Part shown: in pieces, positions 8,512-15,943 of the stretch
Position numbering within the stretch: position 1 is the first letter of the stretch
Layout of the letters: every line of letters begins with the position of its first letter
Assembly: GCA_049314455.1 (NCBI GenBank)
Contig: JBMOFC010000007.1
Span: 631 to 64,630, forward strand
From: Chthoniobacterales bacterium
GTDB taxonomy: Bacteria; Verrucomicrobiota; Verrucomicrobiia; Chthoniobacterales; UBA6821
DNA: 64,000 bases
Direction of reading: 5' to 3'
Position numbers and translations under genes: made by a program
The notes under the pieces: model-generated
What the model was told of the DNA's origin: nothing
Database searches by the model: none
What the model saw: the letters and a program-made list of their open reading frames with translations, nothing else

Positions 8512-9108
8512 TCACTCAGGCCGGTAGAGCAGTATTTCTGCAGAGTCAGTTATCTTCTCATATTCGGAAGTAATCTTAAGACGATAAATGCCACGGATTT
8601 CGTTGCCGTGAACATCCGTTAGATCAAGCGGAGTGAGTGATTCTGTAAAGGTCACTCCATGATTCGTAAGCGTGCGATCTCCTGAAACGGGAGGATCTAC
8701 CAAGTTATAAGCAAGACGTGATTCCAGTGATAACCGTGAAAAAACACGCTCCCGTGTTTCAAGCACAGCCTTCACCATCGAATCAAGCGCCATCACCAAT
8801 CCTGCCACCGAAAACGCAAAAACAGCGAGGGCGATTAGGACTTCGAATAATGTAAACGCCTTAGAACCCTTTTTAAATGCTACTGAGGCGGCGCAGAGCT
8901 GCGTTGCCTCAGTGCTCGTGTCCTCATGTATTAGATATACACTGTGGGACTGCGCGCTGAGGGTGCCTTGCTCTGCATCCGCCTCAGCGCATTTAAAAAG
9001 GGTTCTGATTTTTGTAGCGAGGTATGTTGTGAAGATCGAAAAGAGCTGCGTTGCCTCAGTGCTTCCATCTTCCATTTTCCATCTTCTATCTTCTGAAAAA
9101 ACCTTCAT
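8512..9108 (-). CDS. Minor pseudopilin GspI-like protein with an ~86-aa repeat-built leader
   Basis: Prepilin-type motif KKGSKA|FTLFEVLIALAVFAFSVAG. Its ATG overlaps the gspH-like stop (ATGA). No ATG, GTG or TTG codon lies in frame between residue 12 and the cleavage motif. Confidence 0.6.
   Translation of the reverse strand: MKVFSEDRRWKMEDGSTEATQLFSIFTTYLATKIRTLFKCAEADAEQGTLSAQSHSVYLIHEDTSTEATQLCAASVAFKKGSKAFTLFEVLIALAVFAFSVAGLVMALDSMVKAVLETRERVFSRLSLESRLAYNLVDPPVSGDRTLTNHGVTFTESLTPLDLTDVHGNEIRGIYRLKITSEYEKITDSAEILLYRPE
8864..9005. mobile_element. MITE-like insertion inside the gspI-like leader region (in frame)
   Basis: 27-nt terminal inverted repeats GAACCCTTTTTAAATGCTACTGAGGCGG (8864-8891) and CCGCCTCAGCGCATTTAAAAAGGGTTC (8979-9005). 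The core ...GTCCTCATGTATTAGATATACACTGTGGGAC... resembles the CCTCGAGTATCTCTTATACACTGCGGGT module of the 47131/30058 elements. A perfect 22-nt direct repeat AGAGCTGCGTTGCCTCAGTGCT lies at 8895 and 9042, 147 bp apart. Confidence 0.65.
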
Positions 9109-9638
9109 TCTTCGTCGTGGGTGACCTGACCTGTAATAGGGTCAAACTTGATGATGACTGGTTCTCTTCCACCTATAATGCGTAAGGTGAGTGGATCACA
9201 GATTCCTTCGCTATTGAATTGCCAGAGTTCATCAGGAAGCGGTGGGCGAAATTTTTGATCGATGAGGCGTTTAAGTTCGATTTTCCATCCTTTGGGTAAA
9301 AAGGTTGGATCATCAAGAGAGATGAAGTGTGTTTCTCCCGCCAGAATGGCTTGAGACCTAGTTTTTGTAGCTAAGTCCTCAATGGATTGTGTTACTTCTT
9401 CTGCTTGATTATTTTTCCAAGCATCAGCCATGTAGGGAGCAGCCGCAATCATCAAGATGGCAATGAGGGCGAGGGCTATAAGGACTTCTAGTAAAGTGAA
9501 ACCGTGACCATTGCTACGCAATGGCAGTTGTCGGTTGTTAGTTGATAGTTGACAGTTATTATTAGCTTGGAGTGTTGTCAGAAAAGCAGCCCTATTTTTT
9601 AATAGCACTTTAAGGAAAAATTCTGTCTTTTTAATCAC
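9105..9638 (-). CDS. Minor pseudopilin GspH-like protein
   Basis: Prepilin-type motif SNGHG|FTLLEVLIALALIAILMIAAAP. The long ATG-ORF leader (46 aa) is repeat-derived. An in-frame TTG at 9521 would give the canonical leader MRSNGHG|F (139 aa). Confidence 0.6.
   Translation of the reverse strand: MIKKTEFFLKVLLKNRAAFLTTLQANNNCQLSTNNRQLPLRSNGHGFTLLEVLIALALIAILMIAAAPYMADAWKNNQAEEVTQSIEDLATKTRSQAILAGETHFISLDDPTFLPKGWKIELKRLIDQKFRPPLPDELWQFNSEGICDPLTLRIIGGREPVIIKFDPITGQVTHDEE
9508..9555 (-). repeat. Pseudopilin leader module, copy at gspH-like
   Basis: Plus strand CCATTGCTACGCAATGG + CAGTTGTCGGTTGTTAGTTGATAGTTGACAG. Confidence 0.85.
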
Positions 9639-9659
9639 ACGAATTGCGTTAACTTTTAT

Positions 9660-9705
9660 GACAACTGAAAACTGGCAACCGAAAACTGAGGCTGCGAAGC
9701 AGCCT
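9660..9705 (-). repeat. Inverted partner of the leader module plus GC hairpin, immediately after the gspG stop
   Basis: Plus strand GACAACTGAAAACTGGCAACCGAAAACTG followed by hairpin AGGCTGCGAAGCAGCCT. The gspG stop is at 9708-9710. Confidence 0.75.
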
Positions 9706-9707
9706 CT

Positions 9708-10151
9708 TCATCGTCCAATATTTCCTTCGCCTTCTTTGCCTTGGGGTCCGAGCGAGTAAAGATCGTAGCCATCGGGTCTATATTTTCCTGGATTACGATA
9801 AACATAGGGGTTACCCCAGGGATCAATAGGAACCGACTCCATTAATTTTTTCCAATGAATGGGACGAGGATCTGCTGAGGGAGGTTGGACTAAAGCGGCA
9901 AGGCCTTGTTCGGTTGTGGGCTTGCGGAAGTTGAGCATTTCATAAGTGCGCAGCTGCATCGAAATCGCTTGGATATCACTTGTGACGCGTTGTTCCTTGG
10001 CCACATCAATGTTACCAGCGAGTGAGTAAATAGCAGCTCCTACAAGAACAGAGATAATACCCAACACAAGCATGATTTCAAAAAGGGTATACCCAGCCTC
10101 GCGGAGCGATTTTTTGGGGGATCTAAGGGAGAGAGACATAAAACAGGACAT
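9708..10151 (-). CDS. gspG: Major pseudopilin GspG
   Basis: 147 aa with LREAG|YTLFEIMLVLGIISVLVGAAIY and the GspG hallmark ...VPIDPWGNPYVYRNPGKYRPDGYDLYSLGPQGKEG. Confidence 0.9.
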   Translation of the reverse strand: MSCFMSLSLRSPKKSLREAGYTLFEIMLVLGIISVLVGAAIYSLAGNIDVAKEQRVTSDIQAISMQLRTYEMLNFRKPTTEQGLAALVQPPSADPRPIHWKKLMESVPIDPWGNPYVYRNPGKYRPDGYDLYSLGPQGKEGEGNIGR

Positions 10152-10195
10152 AATGTGAACAAGATAAACTATTTTAGGGGATAATCAAGGCAGGG

Positions 10196-11782
10196 TTATG
10201 GAAATGCTATTTTTTGATATTCTTTTTCAAGAAAGGTTCCGTATAGTACGAATTTTTCGAAAGGGGAAACAAAGGAAAACAGTCTTTTTCCTTCAGGTAC
10301 ATGGATTCTCGTTTGGTTATTTTTTATTCCCCATCCCCACATTAATAGTGTGCCATCACTTAAAAGGGCACTCATCCAAGAACAGTTCCCTATTATCTTT
10401 TGTACGTTTACTTCATTCCCCTCGCTGTCTCGAGGAAGCTCTGGTGTTTGACCTCCTCGGTTTATTTTTCCCCACGATTGAATTTTTCCATTTTCTAGTA
10501 AGGCAGTAAAACTCCCACCTGAAGGAACGATTTCAATGGCCTTATTGTTAGCAAGGTCAGGCGTTTTTCCGCCCTCTTCTTCATCGCCCCATGATAGCAC
10601 AGAACCATTATTGAAAAGAGCAGTAAAAGCGCTATCGCTAGCAACAATATATTTGAGCTCTAACGGTTGATTGTTCTTATTATTGGGCACTGCAATGTGG
10701 TCCGTTATTTGTTGTTTGTGAACATGCCATTGTCCTGATGTATCGCGACTGCCGGTAGTCTTGACTCGGGCTGTTAGGAAGCTGCCGTCTTGGAGTATTG
10801 CTGTGATGCCAGAGTAGTTTGAAATCAAAGAAACAGCATGGAGTGGCTGAGAGGATATCCATGGAATCCAAGTACCCTGACTATAGGGGAGTTCAGGTGT
10901 TTTTAAATCGCCCCAGCAGTGAAGGTTGCCATCGTCCAAGAGCGCTATAAAACTTTTGCCGGTTGCACAGAGAGAGCCTTCTTTCATGGAAACGCGCTTG
11001 TAAGAATCTCGCAGCGGTTCCTTCACGATGCTTTCTTTTTTTCCCCACAAGCGCAGTTTTCCATCATCTAAAAGAGCACAGAACCCCTCTTCATTACCAA
11101 TGATAGAAACAACTTTTTGTTTCCCTAGTGAAAACGGTGGGGTTTTTACCTCTCCCCAGGAGAATATTGTTTGAACGGCTTGTGTTTTGCCTAATTCCTC
11201 TTTTTCTAAGACGGCGCAAAAAGAGTGACCACTTGAAAAAAGAGAGAGCGCTTTTTGACCTGTAGGTAGTATGGGTGCTTGAAGTGTTCCCCAGCAAAGG
11301 ATGCTCCCGTTTTCTAAGAGCGCAGCAAAACTACCCCAATTTGAGGCCAGAGAGATCACGTGATGTCCTTGTGGTATTTCTGGTGTTGGATAATCAAGTG
11401 GAAAAAAGGGGGAGTTGGTTGTGATGAGTTGTTGATCATCGAACAACACGACAAATCCAGAGGCACTCGAAAAAATAGAGATAACATTTTTTTCTGGAGG
11501 TCTCTCAATAACGATTCCTAGATTGTTGTAATGTGATCCCCATACAAACAAACTCCCATCGTCGAGAAGAGCTGCAAAATTAGGATCATTCATCATTTCC
11601 TTGCTTGTCCATCTATTGGAAACAGCAGGAATATGAAAAAGAATGTAATCATGGAGCTGAGCTAGTTCTAGCGACTGGGAATGAGCCGGCGCGAGAGTGA
11701 GGACAAGAAAAAAGGAAAGAATCGATTTTTTAAAAAACCGGAAAAATACGGAGGTCACTTTTCTATTACTTTTTGCTTTCAA
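10196..11782 (-). CDS. Secreted RCC1-like / beta-propeller repeat protein encoded inside the gsp operon
   Basis: 528 aa with signal peptide (ILSFFLVLTLAPAHSQS). It has at least 7 repeats of ~45-55 aa ending in the xALLxDGxLxxWG pattern (ALLDDGSLFVWG, ALLENGSILCWG, ALLDDGKLRLWG, ALLDDGNLHCWG, ALFNNGSVLSWG, ALLENGKIQSWG, ALLSDGTLLMWG). It overlaps the upstream ORF by 17 nt. Confidence 0.6.
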   Translation of the reverse strand: MKAKSNRKVTSVFFRFFKKSILSFFLVLTLAPAHSQSLELAQLHDYILFHIPAVSNRWTSKEMMNDPNFAALLDDGSLFVWGSHYNNLGIVIERPPEKNVISIFSSASGFVVLFDDQQLITTNSPFFPLDYPTPEIPQGHHVISLASNWGSFAALLENGSILCWGTLQAPILPTGQKALSLFSSGHSFCAVLEKEELGKTQAVQTIFSWGEVKTPPFSLGKQKVVSIIGNEEGFCALLDDGKLRLWGKKESIVKEPLRDSYKRVSMKEGSLCATGKSFIALLDDGNLHCWGDLKTPELPYSQGTWIPWISSQPLHAVSLISNYSGITAILQDGSFLTARVKTTGSRDTSGQWHVHKQQITDHIAVPNNKNNQPLELKYIVASDSAFTALFNNGSVLSWGDEEEGGKTPDLANNKAIEIVPSGGSFTALLENGKIQSWGKINRGGQTPELPRDSEGNEVNVQKIIGNCSWMSALLSDGTLLMWGWGIKNNQTRIHVPEGKRLFSFVSPFEKFVLYGTFLEKEYQKIAFP

Positions 11783-12980
11783 ATTGAATTCTATGAAGCA
11801 CTTCCAAACAACTATTTTTCAAATGAACTTTAGAGCTGCTAGGATGAGCTCCTTCTCTTACGATAAACACAAGATGATTTGTTTCATCTTCAGTTTTTGT
11901 GTCTGTAGATTCTGATTTTTTTTCTTTCAAGCGATCGTTTGGAATGTAGATATAGGCCGTGCGCCAGCCTGCAAGTTGTAAGGAAGGCAGATCATCATTC
12001 TTCTTTGTTGCACAAAGGAGTTTCGGAGAATCGAGGTGAAAGCTAGCAATATTAAGCGGTCCCAGAGGAATGCCATTAAGTTCTACGTCAATGTGAGCTT
12101 CCAGATCGAGTCCTTGAATCTCTGTTCGAAACATGGTCGCTTCAGGATGTCCGGTGATAGGAAAATTAAATTCAAGATCCCCATCAAGTTGCTCAATGCA
12201 TGCAGAGAGTTCTGCAGAAGTAATACGACCATGGGTGGTATCTCCTTTTTTAAAGGGAAGTGCGTCTATACTGGACTCCTCTTTTTCAACGATTGTAGAT
12301 TCATCCATGATTATTGCAGGCATGAAATTCTCGCTAAGGACAGAGACCATAGAGGTGTGACCAGGGCACAGAATAATGGAGTGGATTTGGTCAAAGCGCC
12401 CTGTGTGACGCACAATGATTTTTCCTCCATCGAGGGCCACATCTTCGGGAATCGCAATAGTGCTGGAATTGAGTCCAAGAGGCGAGCCGCTGATGCCAAG
12501 TCGATAGGGAAGTAATGAAGGATTTTTTTCTTGATCGTTCTGTTTTTCTAAGATTGGTCCACCATCGCCTAGGTCTTCAAAGTTGACCGTGATGGCAAAG
12601 TTTTCAATATTGCATTCCCCCGTAAGAGATAGAGTAGTCAGTGAAGGAATAAAAATCTCTACGGTAGAAGATTCTTTGTTGATGATAGGAGCAGTTTTGA
12701 TCCACTTGGGTAGTGGGCCAATCTCGGTGTTTGGCTTCAAGATAATGTTGAGAGGCTCAAAAAGAGAATCACTCTGGGAGAGGCTTTGAGGCGCAGGTAC
12801 TGGAAGATGATTTCCGGAAATGGTCTCTGAATTCTGTCGGTCGGCAAGAAATTGTTGTTTAATGATCGAAGGGTCGAGAGCAAGCTGATCAGGCTCTGCT
12901 AGAAGTAAAGAAGCACAGTAGCAGGAGAGCAAAAATGCTACACAAAAATATGGGAGAAAAAAAGAGCCTCTGCTAAACAT
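11766..12980 (-). CDS. Secreted hypothetical protein, first gene of the gsp operon
   Basis: 404-aa ORF with an N-terminal hydrophobic signal (FFLPYFCVAFLLSCYCASLLLA). It is divergent from gspE. I recognised no family motif. Confidence 0.5.
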   Translation of the reverse strand: MFSRGSFFLPYFCVAFLLSCYCASLLLAEPDQLALDPSIIKQQFLADRQNSETISGNHLPVPAPQSLSQSDSLFEPLNIILKPNTEIGPLPKWIKTAPIINKESSTVEIFIPSLTTLSLTGECNIENFAITVNFEDLGDGGPILEKQNDQEKNPSLLPYRLGISGSPLGLNSSTIAIPEDVALDGGKIIVRHTGRFDQIHSIILCPGHTSMVSVLSENFMPAIIMDESTIVEKEESSIDALPFKKGDTTHGRITSAELSACIEQLDGDLEFNFPITGHPEATMFRTEIQGLDLEAHIDVELNGIPLGPLNIASFHLDSPKLLCATKKNDDLPSLQLAGWRTAYIYIPNDRLKEKKSESTDTKTEDETNHLVFIVREGAHPSSSKVHLKNSCLEVLHRIQFESKK

Positions 12981-13078
12981 AAAACGATCACGCAGAGTAA
13001 TCGATTTTTTGTAAAAAGCTAATCGCTTTTTATATCCAGTATTGCGAAATTTTATTTTGGAGTGATAGTTTCACTTCC

Positions 13079-14848
13079 ATGTCTTCCGATTCCCATCCCC
13101 TCACGCAGCAAGAGAGATCTTCCTCGACTTCTTTTTCAGCCCTCGCTGATCAGCTTTTACTGATTGCACAGAAAATAGGATGCACTGAAATTGCTCCTTT
13201 AAAAACAGCGCTTGAGCAAGCCTCCTTTTCTCAATGTTCCTTGATTGGAGCCATGATCGACACAGGTCTTGTTGCCGAGCGCGATTTTCTCTGTGAAGTA
13301 GCACATTCTTTTGGGCTGGAGTGGAGGGAAGAAGGAGAATTGGCTCCATCGCCTCATGTGCGTGACCGCTTTCCAGCACGTTTGGCGCTTGGTTTTAACG
13401 TCATTTGTGAAGAAGAAGATCTTGCGTCCAATAACAAAGAATTACGGCTGCTTACCTTTGATCCCTTTGATTACGGTGCATGGAAGGTGTTAACCATGTA
13501 CCACCATGGTCCGATTCGTTTTGTGATGACGACCCGCAGGCGCCTCATCGATGTGATCAAGTCAACGTACGGTGTCGGTGCAGAGACCTTTGAAGAGCTT
13601 ATGGAGGGACGTGAAGAAGAAACGGCTTCCTCTTCCAACGAAGAAATTAATGTGGTTGACGAAGAAGATTCAGAAGCCTCCGTCATGAAATTTGTGAATC
13701 AAATTCTGCGTGAAGCCCTCGAGCAAGCAGCTACCGATATTCATTTCGAGCCACTTGGGAGAGATCTCCGCATTCGTTACCGTATCGATGGAGTGTTGCA
13801 CGAGGCTCCTGTTCCTCCACGCATTAAAATGTTTCAAGATTCGGTTACCTCGCGTCTTAAAATTATGGCTGGTCTTGATATTGCCGAGCGACGACTGCCT
13901 CAAGACGGACGTATTGCCCTCGAGCATGGAGGGCACTCCATCGACGTGCGTGTGGCCACAATTCCTTGCGTTCATGGTGAAAATGTCAGCTTGCGTTTGC
14001 TAGGACAAGAACGGTTTGATTTCAAACGACTCGGTCTAGAAGCCGGTATTGAGAGTCGTATTCGCGAGCTTATTGCAATGTCGAATGGCATTGTGCTTGT
14101 CACCGGGCCAACAGGATGTGGTAAAAGCACCTCGCTCTACACTTTTTTAAGTCATCTTAATGTCAAAGAGCGACGCATTGTGACCATTGAAGATCCAGTC
14201 GAACACAAGTTAGATGGAGTAATTCAAATCGCAGTCAAGCCCGAGATCGACCTGACTTTTGCCAATGCGCTGCGCAGCATTTTGCGTGGTGATCCTAATG
14301 TGATCATGGTCGGTGAAATGCGTGATGCCGAGACAGCCGACATCGCGATTCGTGCAGCATTGACCGGGCACCTTGTTTTTAGCACGCTCCACACCAATGA
14401 TGCCGTTGGTGGTATCACGCGACTTTTGGATATGGGCGTCGAACCCTTTCTCGTCGGCTCCTCCGTGCGGGCCTTCCTGGCGCAGCGTCTGGTTCGGAAA
14501 TTGTGTCCTCATTGTTCCAAACCTTCGGAAATTACCGATGAAGAATTAATGAAAATTGGATTTCCGATGGAACTGAGAGGGGGCATTCGTCAACCCGTGG
14601 GATGCGACCAGTGTCGCCAAACCGGATATGCAGGGCGACTCGCGATCATGGAAATTTGTCCCATGACCTCTGATCTCCAAGAGCTCATTCAAAAACGAGC
14701 TACCGGAAAAGATTTTATGGCACAAGCGATCAAGGATGGGATGATCCCACTCCGCATCGATGGTTGGCAGAAAGTGGCTCAAGGGGTCACTTCGGTCGAA
14801 GAAGTGGTGAGGGTGACTTCAAGCGAGTTAGTGGCGCTCCATCATTAG
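13079..14848 (+). CDS. gspE: Type II secretion ATPase GspE (GspE/PilB family)
   Basis: 589 aa with Walker A GPTGCGKST, Asp box, Walker B IMVGEMRD, His box and a tetracysteine motif (CPHC...CDQC). The N-terminal GspE-N-like domain is present. Confidence 0.92.
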   Translation: MSSDSHPLTQQERSSSTSFSALADQLLLIAQKIGCTEIAPLKTALEQASFSQCSLIGAMIDTGLVAERDFLCEVAHSFGLEWREEGELAPSPHVRDRFPARLALGFNVICEEEDLASNNKELRLLTFDPFDYGAWKVLTMYHHGPIRFVMTTRRRLIDVIKSTYGVGAETFEELMEGREEETASSSNEEINVVDEEDSEASVMKFVNQILREALEQAATDIHFEPLGRDLRIRYRIDGVLHEAPVPPRIKMFQDSVTSRLKIMAGLDIAERRLPQDGRIALEHGGHSIDVRVATIPCVHGENVSLRLLGQERFDFKRLGLEAGIESRIRELIAMSNGIVLVTGPTGCGKSTSLYTFLSHLNVKERRIVTIEDPVEHKLDGVIQIAVKPEIDLTFANALRSILRGDPNVIMVGEMRDAETADIAIRAALTGHLVFSTLHTNDAVGGITRLLDMGVEPFLVGSSVRAFLAQRLVRKLCPHCSKPSEITDEELMKIGFPMELRGGIRQPVGCDQCRQTGYAGRLAIMEICPMTSDLQELIQKRATGKDFMAQAIKDGMIPLRIDGWQKVAQGVTSVEEVVRVTSSELVALHH

Positions 14849-14918
14849 TGCCAAGGCGCTTGTTGAGTGTGGAAAATATTTTATAACGTCAGGCGATTCT
14901 AACTATGGTCCTTCTTCC

Positions 14919-15917
14919 ATGAAAAAATTCTTCTTTCTCTTTTCATTAATCACGTTATTAGGATGTTGTTCTTCAAGCGTAGCAAACACTCAGCCTGTCT
15001 TAATTGCCGATCCGAGAGTGCTCTCGATTCCTATTTGTGACAATCAGGAGCCGCTCGTGGATCTTAGAAAAGAAGGCGGAATTGCCATTGGACCTTCCCC
15101 TGAAATTCCCAACAACACCGACTATACGTTTGTGAGAAAAAGTGTGGCTGAAAAATTACTCCAGGCACAAAAAAAATTACCACCTGGTCTTCAATTTCAA
15201 CTCTATGAAGGATATCGCAGCTTAGCTTTGCAAAAAAAACTTTTTGATACGTTCTTTGCGAAAATAAAAAAGGAACATCCTTCCTGGAGTTACAAACAAC
15301 AATTTTTAGAAACAACGCATTTGGTCTCTCCCGTTATCAATCTCGATGCGAGTCATAATATCCCGCCTCATTCTACGGGTGCAGCCATTGATGTTTATTT
15401 AGTCGATACCGCAGGAAAGTCAGTACCGATGGGCATCCATCCTAAAGATTGGATGCAGGATCTTGATGGCTCTCTCTCGTTGCCCCATTCTCAAAAAATT
15501 TCCGCTGAGGCGCGTCACTACCGAGCCATCATGAGTCGTGCTTTAAAGTCGGTAGGATTTGTTAATCTTGATACGGAATATTGGCATTGGTCTTATGGTG
15601 ATCGTTACTGGGCCTTCAAGAACCTGGATTCAAAGTCTGCTGAGACTGCGAATAAGAGTGTCGCGCCAAACGTCATCCCCGCAGAGGCGGGGATCGTCTC
15701 CTCGAGTACCTCTTGTACACTGCGGGACGGCGCGCCGTCGACTACTTGTTCTTCATCAGCCTTGAGTACTTTGAATGCAGGTTCTAAGAAAAAGAAACCA
15801 TGTGCCATTTATGGGACTACGTCTAAAAAGAGTGCGGCAGCAAATAACGCTAAGCCAGGAAAGCGTTGCGATGATTTCAAACCAAATAAGAGTTATCACA
15901 ATGATAGCTCACTTTGA
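14919..15917 (+). CDS. D-Ala-D-Ala dipeptidase (VanX/DdpX, peptidase M15D-like) lipoprotein with ~95-aa repeat-derived C-terminal tail
   Basis: Lipobox LLGC. It carries YEGYRSLALQKKLF, HSTGAAIDVYL and EYWHWSYGDRYWA, the zinc and catalytic motifs of the VanX family. The ORF continues through the element at 15629-15776. Confidence 0.75.
   Translation: MKKFFFLFSLITLLGCCSSSVANTQPVLIADPRVLSIPICDNQEPLVDLRKEGGIAIGPSPEIPNNTDYTFVRKSVAEKLLQAQKKLPPGLQFQLYEGYRSLALQKKLFDTFFAKIKKEHPSWSYKQQFLETTHLVSPVINLDASHNIPPHSTGAAIDVYLVDTAGKSVPMGIHPKDWMQDLDGSLSLPHSQKISAEARHYRAIMSRALKSVGFVNLDTEYWHWSYGDRYWAFKNLDSKSAETANKSVAPNVIPAEAGIVSSSTSCTLRDGAPSTTCSSSALSTLNAGSKKKKPCAIYGTTSKKSAAANNAKPGKRCDDFKPNKSYHNDSSL
15629..15776 (+). 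mobile_element. ~148-bp MITE-like element, in frame within the VanX-like ORF
   Basis: ...CAAAGTCTGCTGAGACTGCGA...GCGCCAAACGTCATCCCCGCAGAGGCGGGGATCGTCTCCTCGAGTACCTCTTGTACACTGCGGGACGGCGCGCC...TACTTTGAA. A homologous copy lies at 31978-32125. It translates to SKSAETANKSVAPNVIPAEAGIVSSSTSCTLRDGAPSTTCSSSALSTLNAGS. Confidence 0.8.
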
Positions 15918-15943
15918 AAAACAAACCCTAAACTACAAAAAAA

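Noticed and set aside
7265-9705. Possible CRISPR array, because short repeats recur with ~100-130-nt intervening sequences
   Set aside because: The repeats occur as inverted, not direct, pairs. They are irregularly spaced, lie inside or abutting pseudopilin genes, are built of 5-6-nt sub-repeats, and no cas genes are present.
12036-12515. Long antisense ORFs inside well-supported genes (for example 12036-12515, 18149-18712, 56478-57029, 50965-51438, 28232-28648, 39380-39811, 17336-17677)
   Set aside because: Each is fully embedded opposite a gene with clear family motifs or operon context. They have no recognisable motifs and show the compositional look of shadow ORFs.
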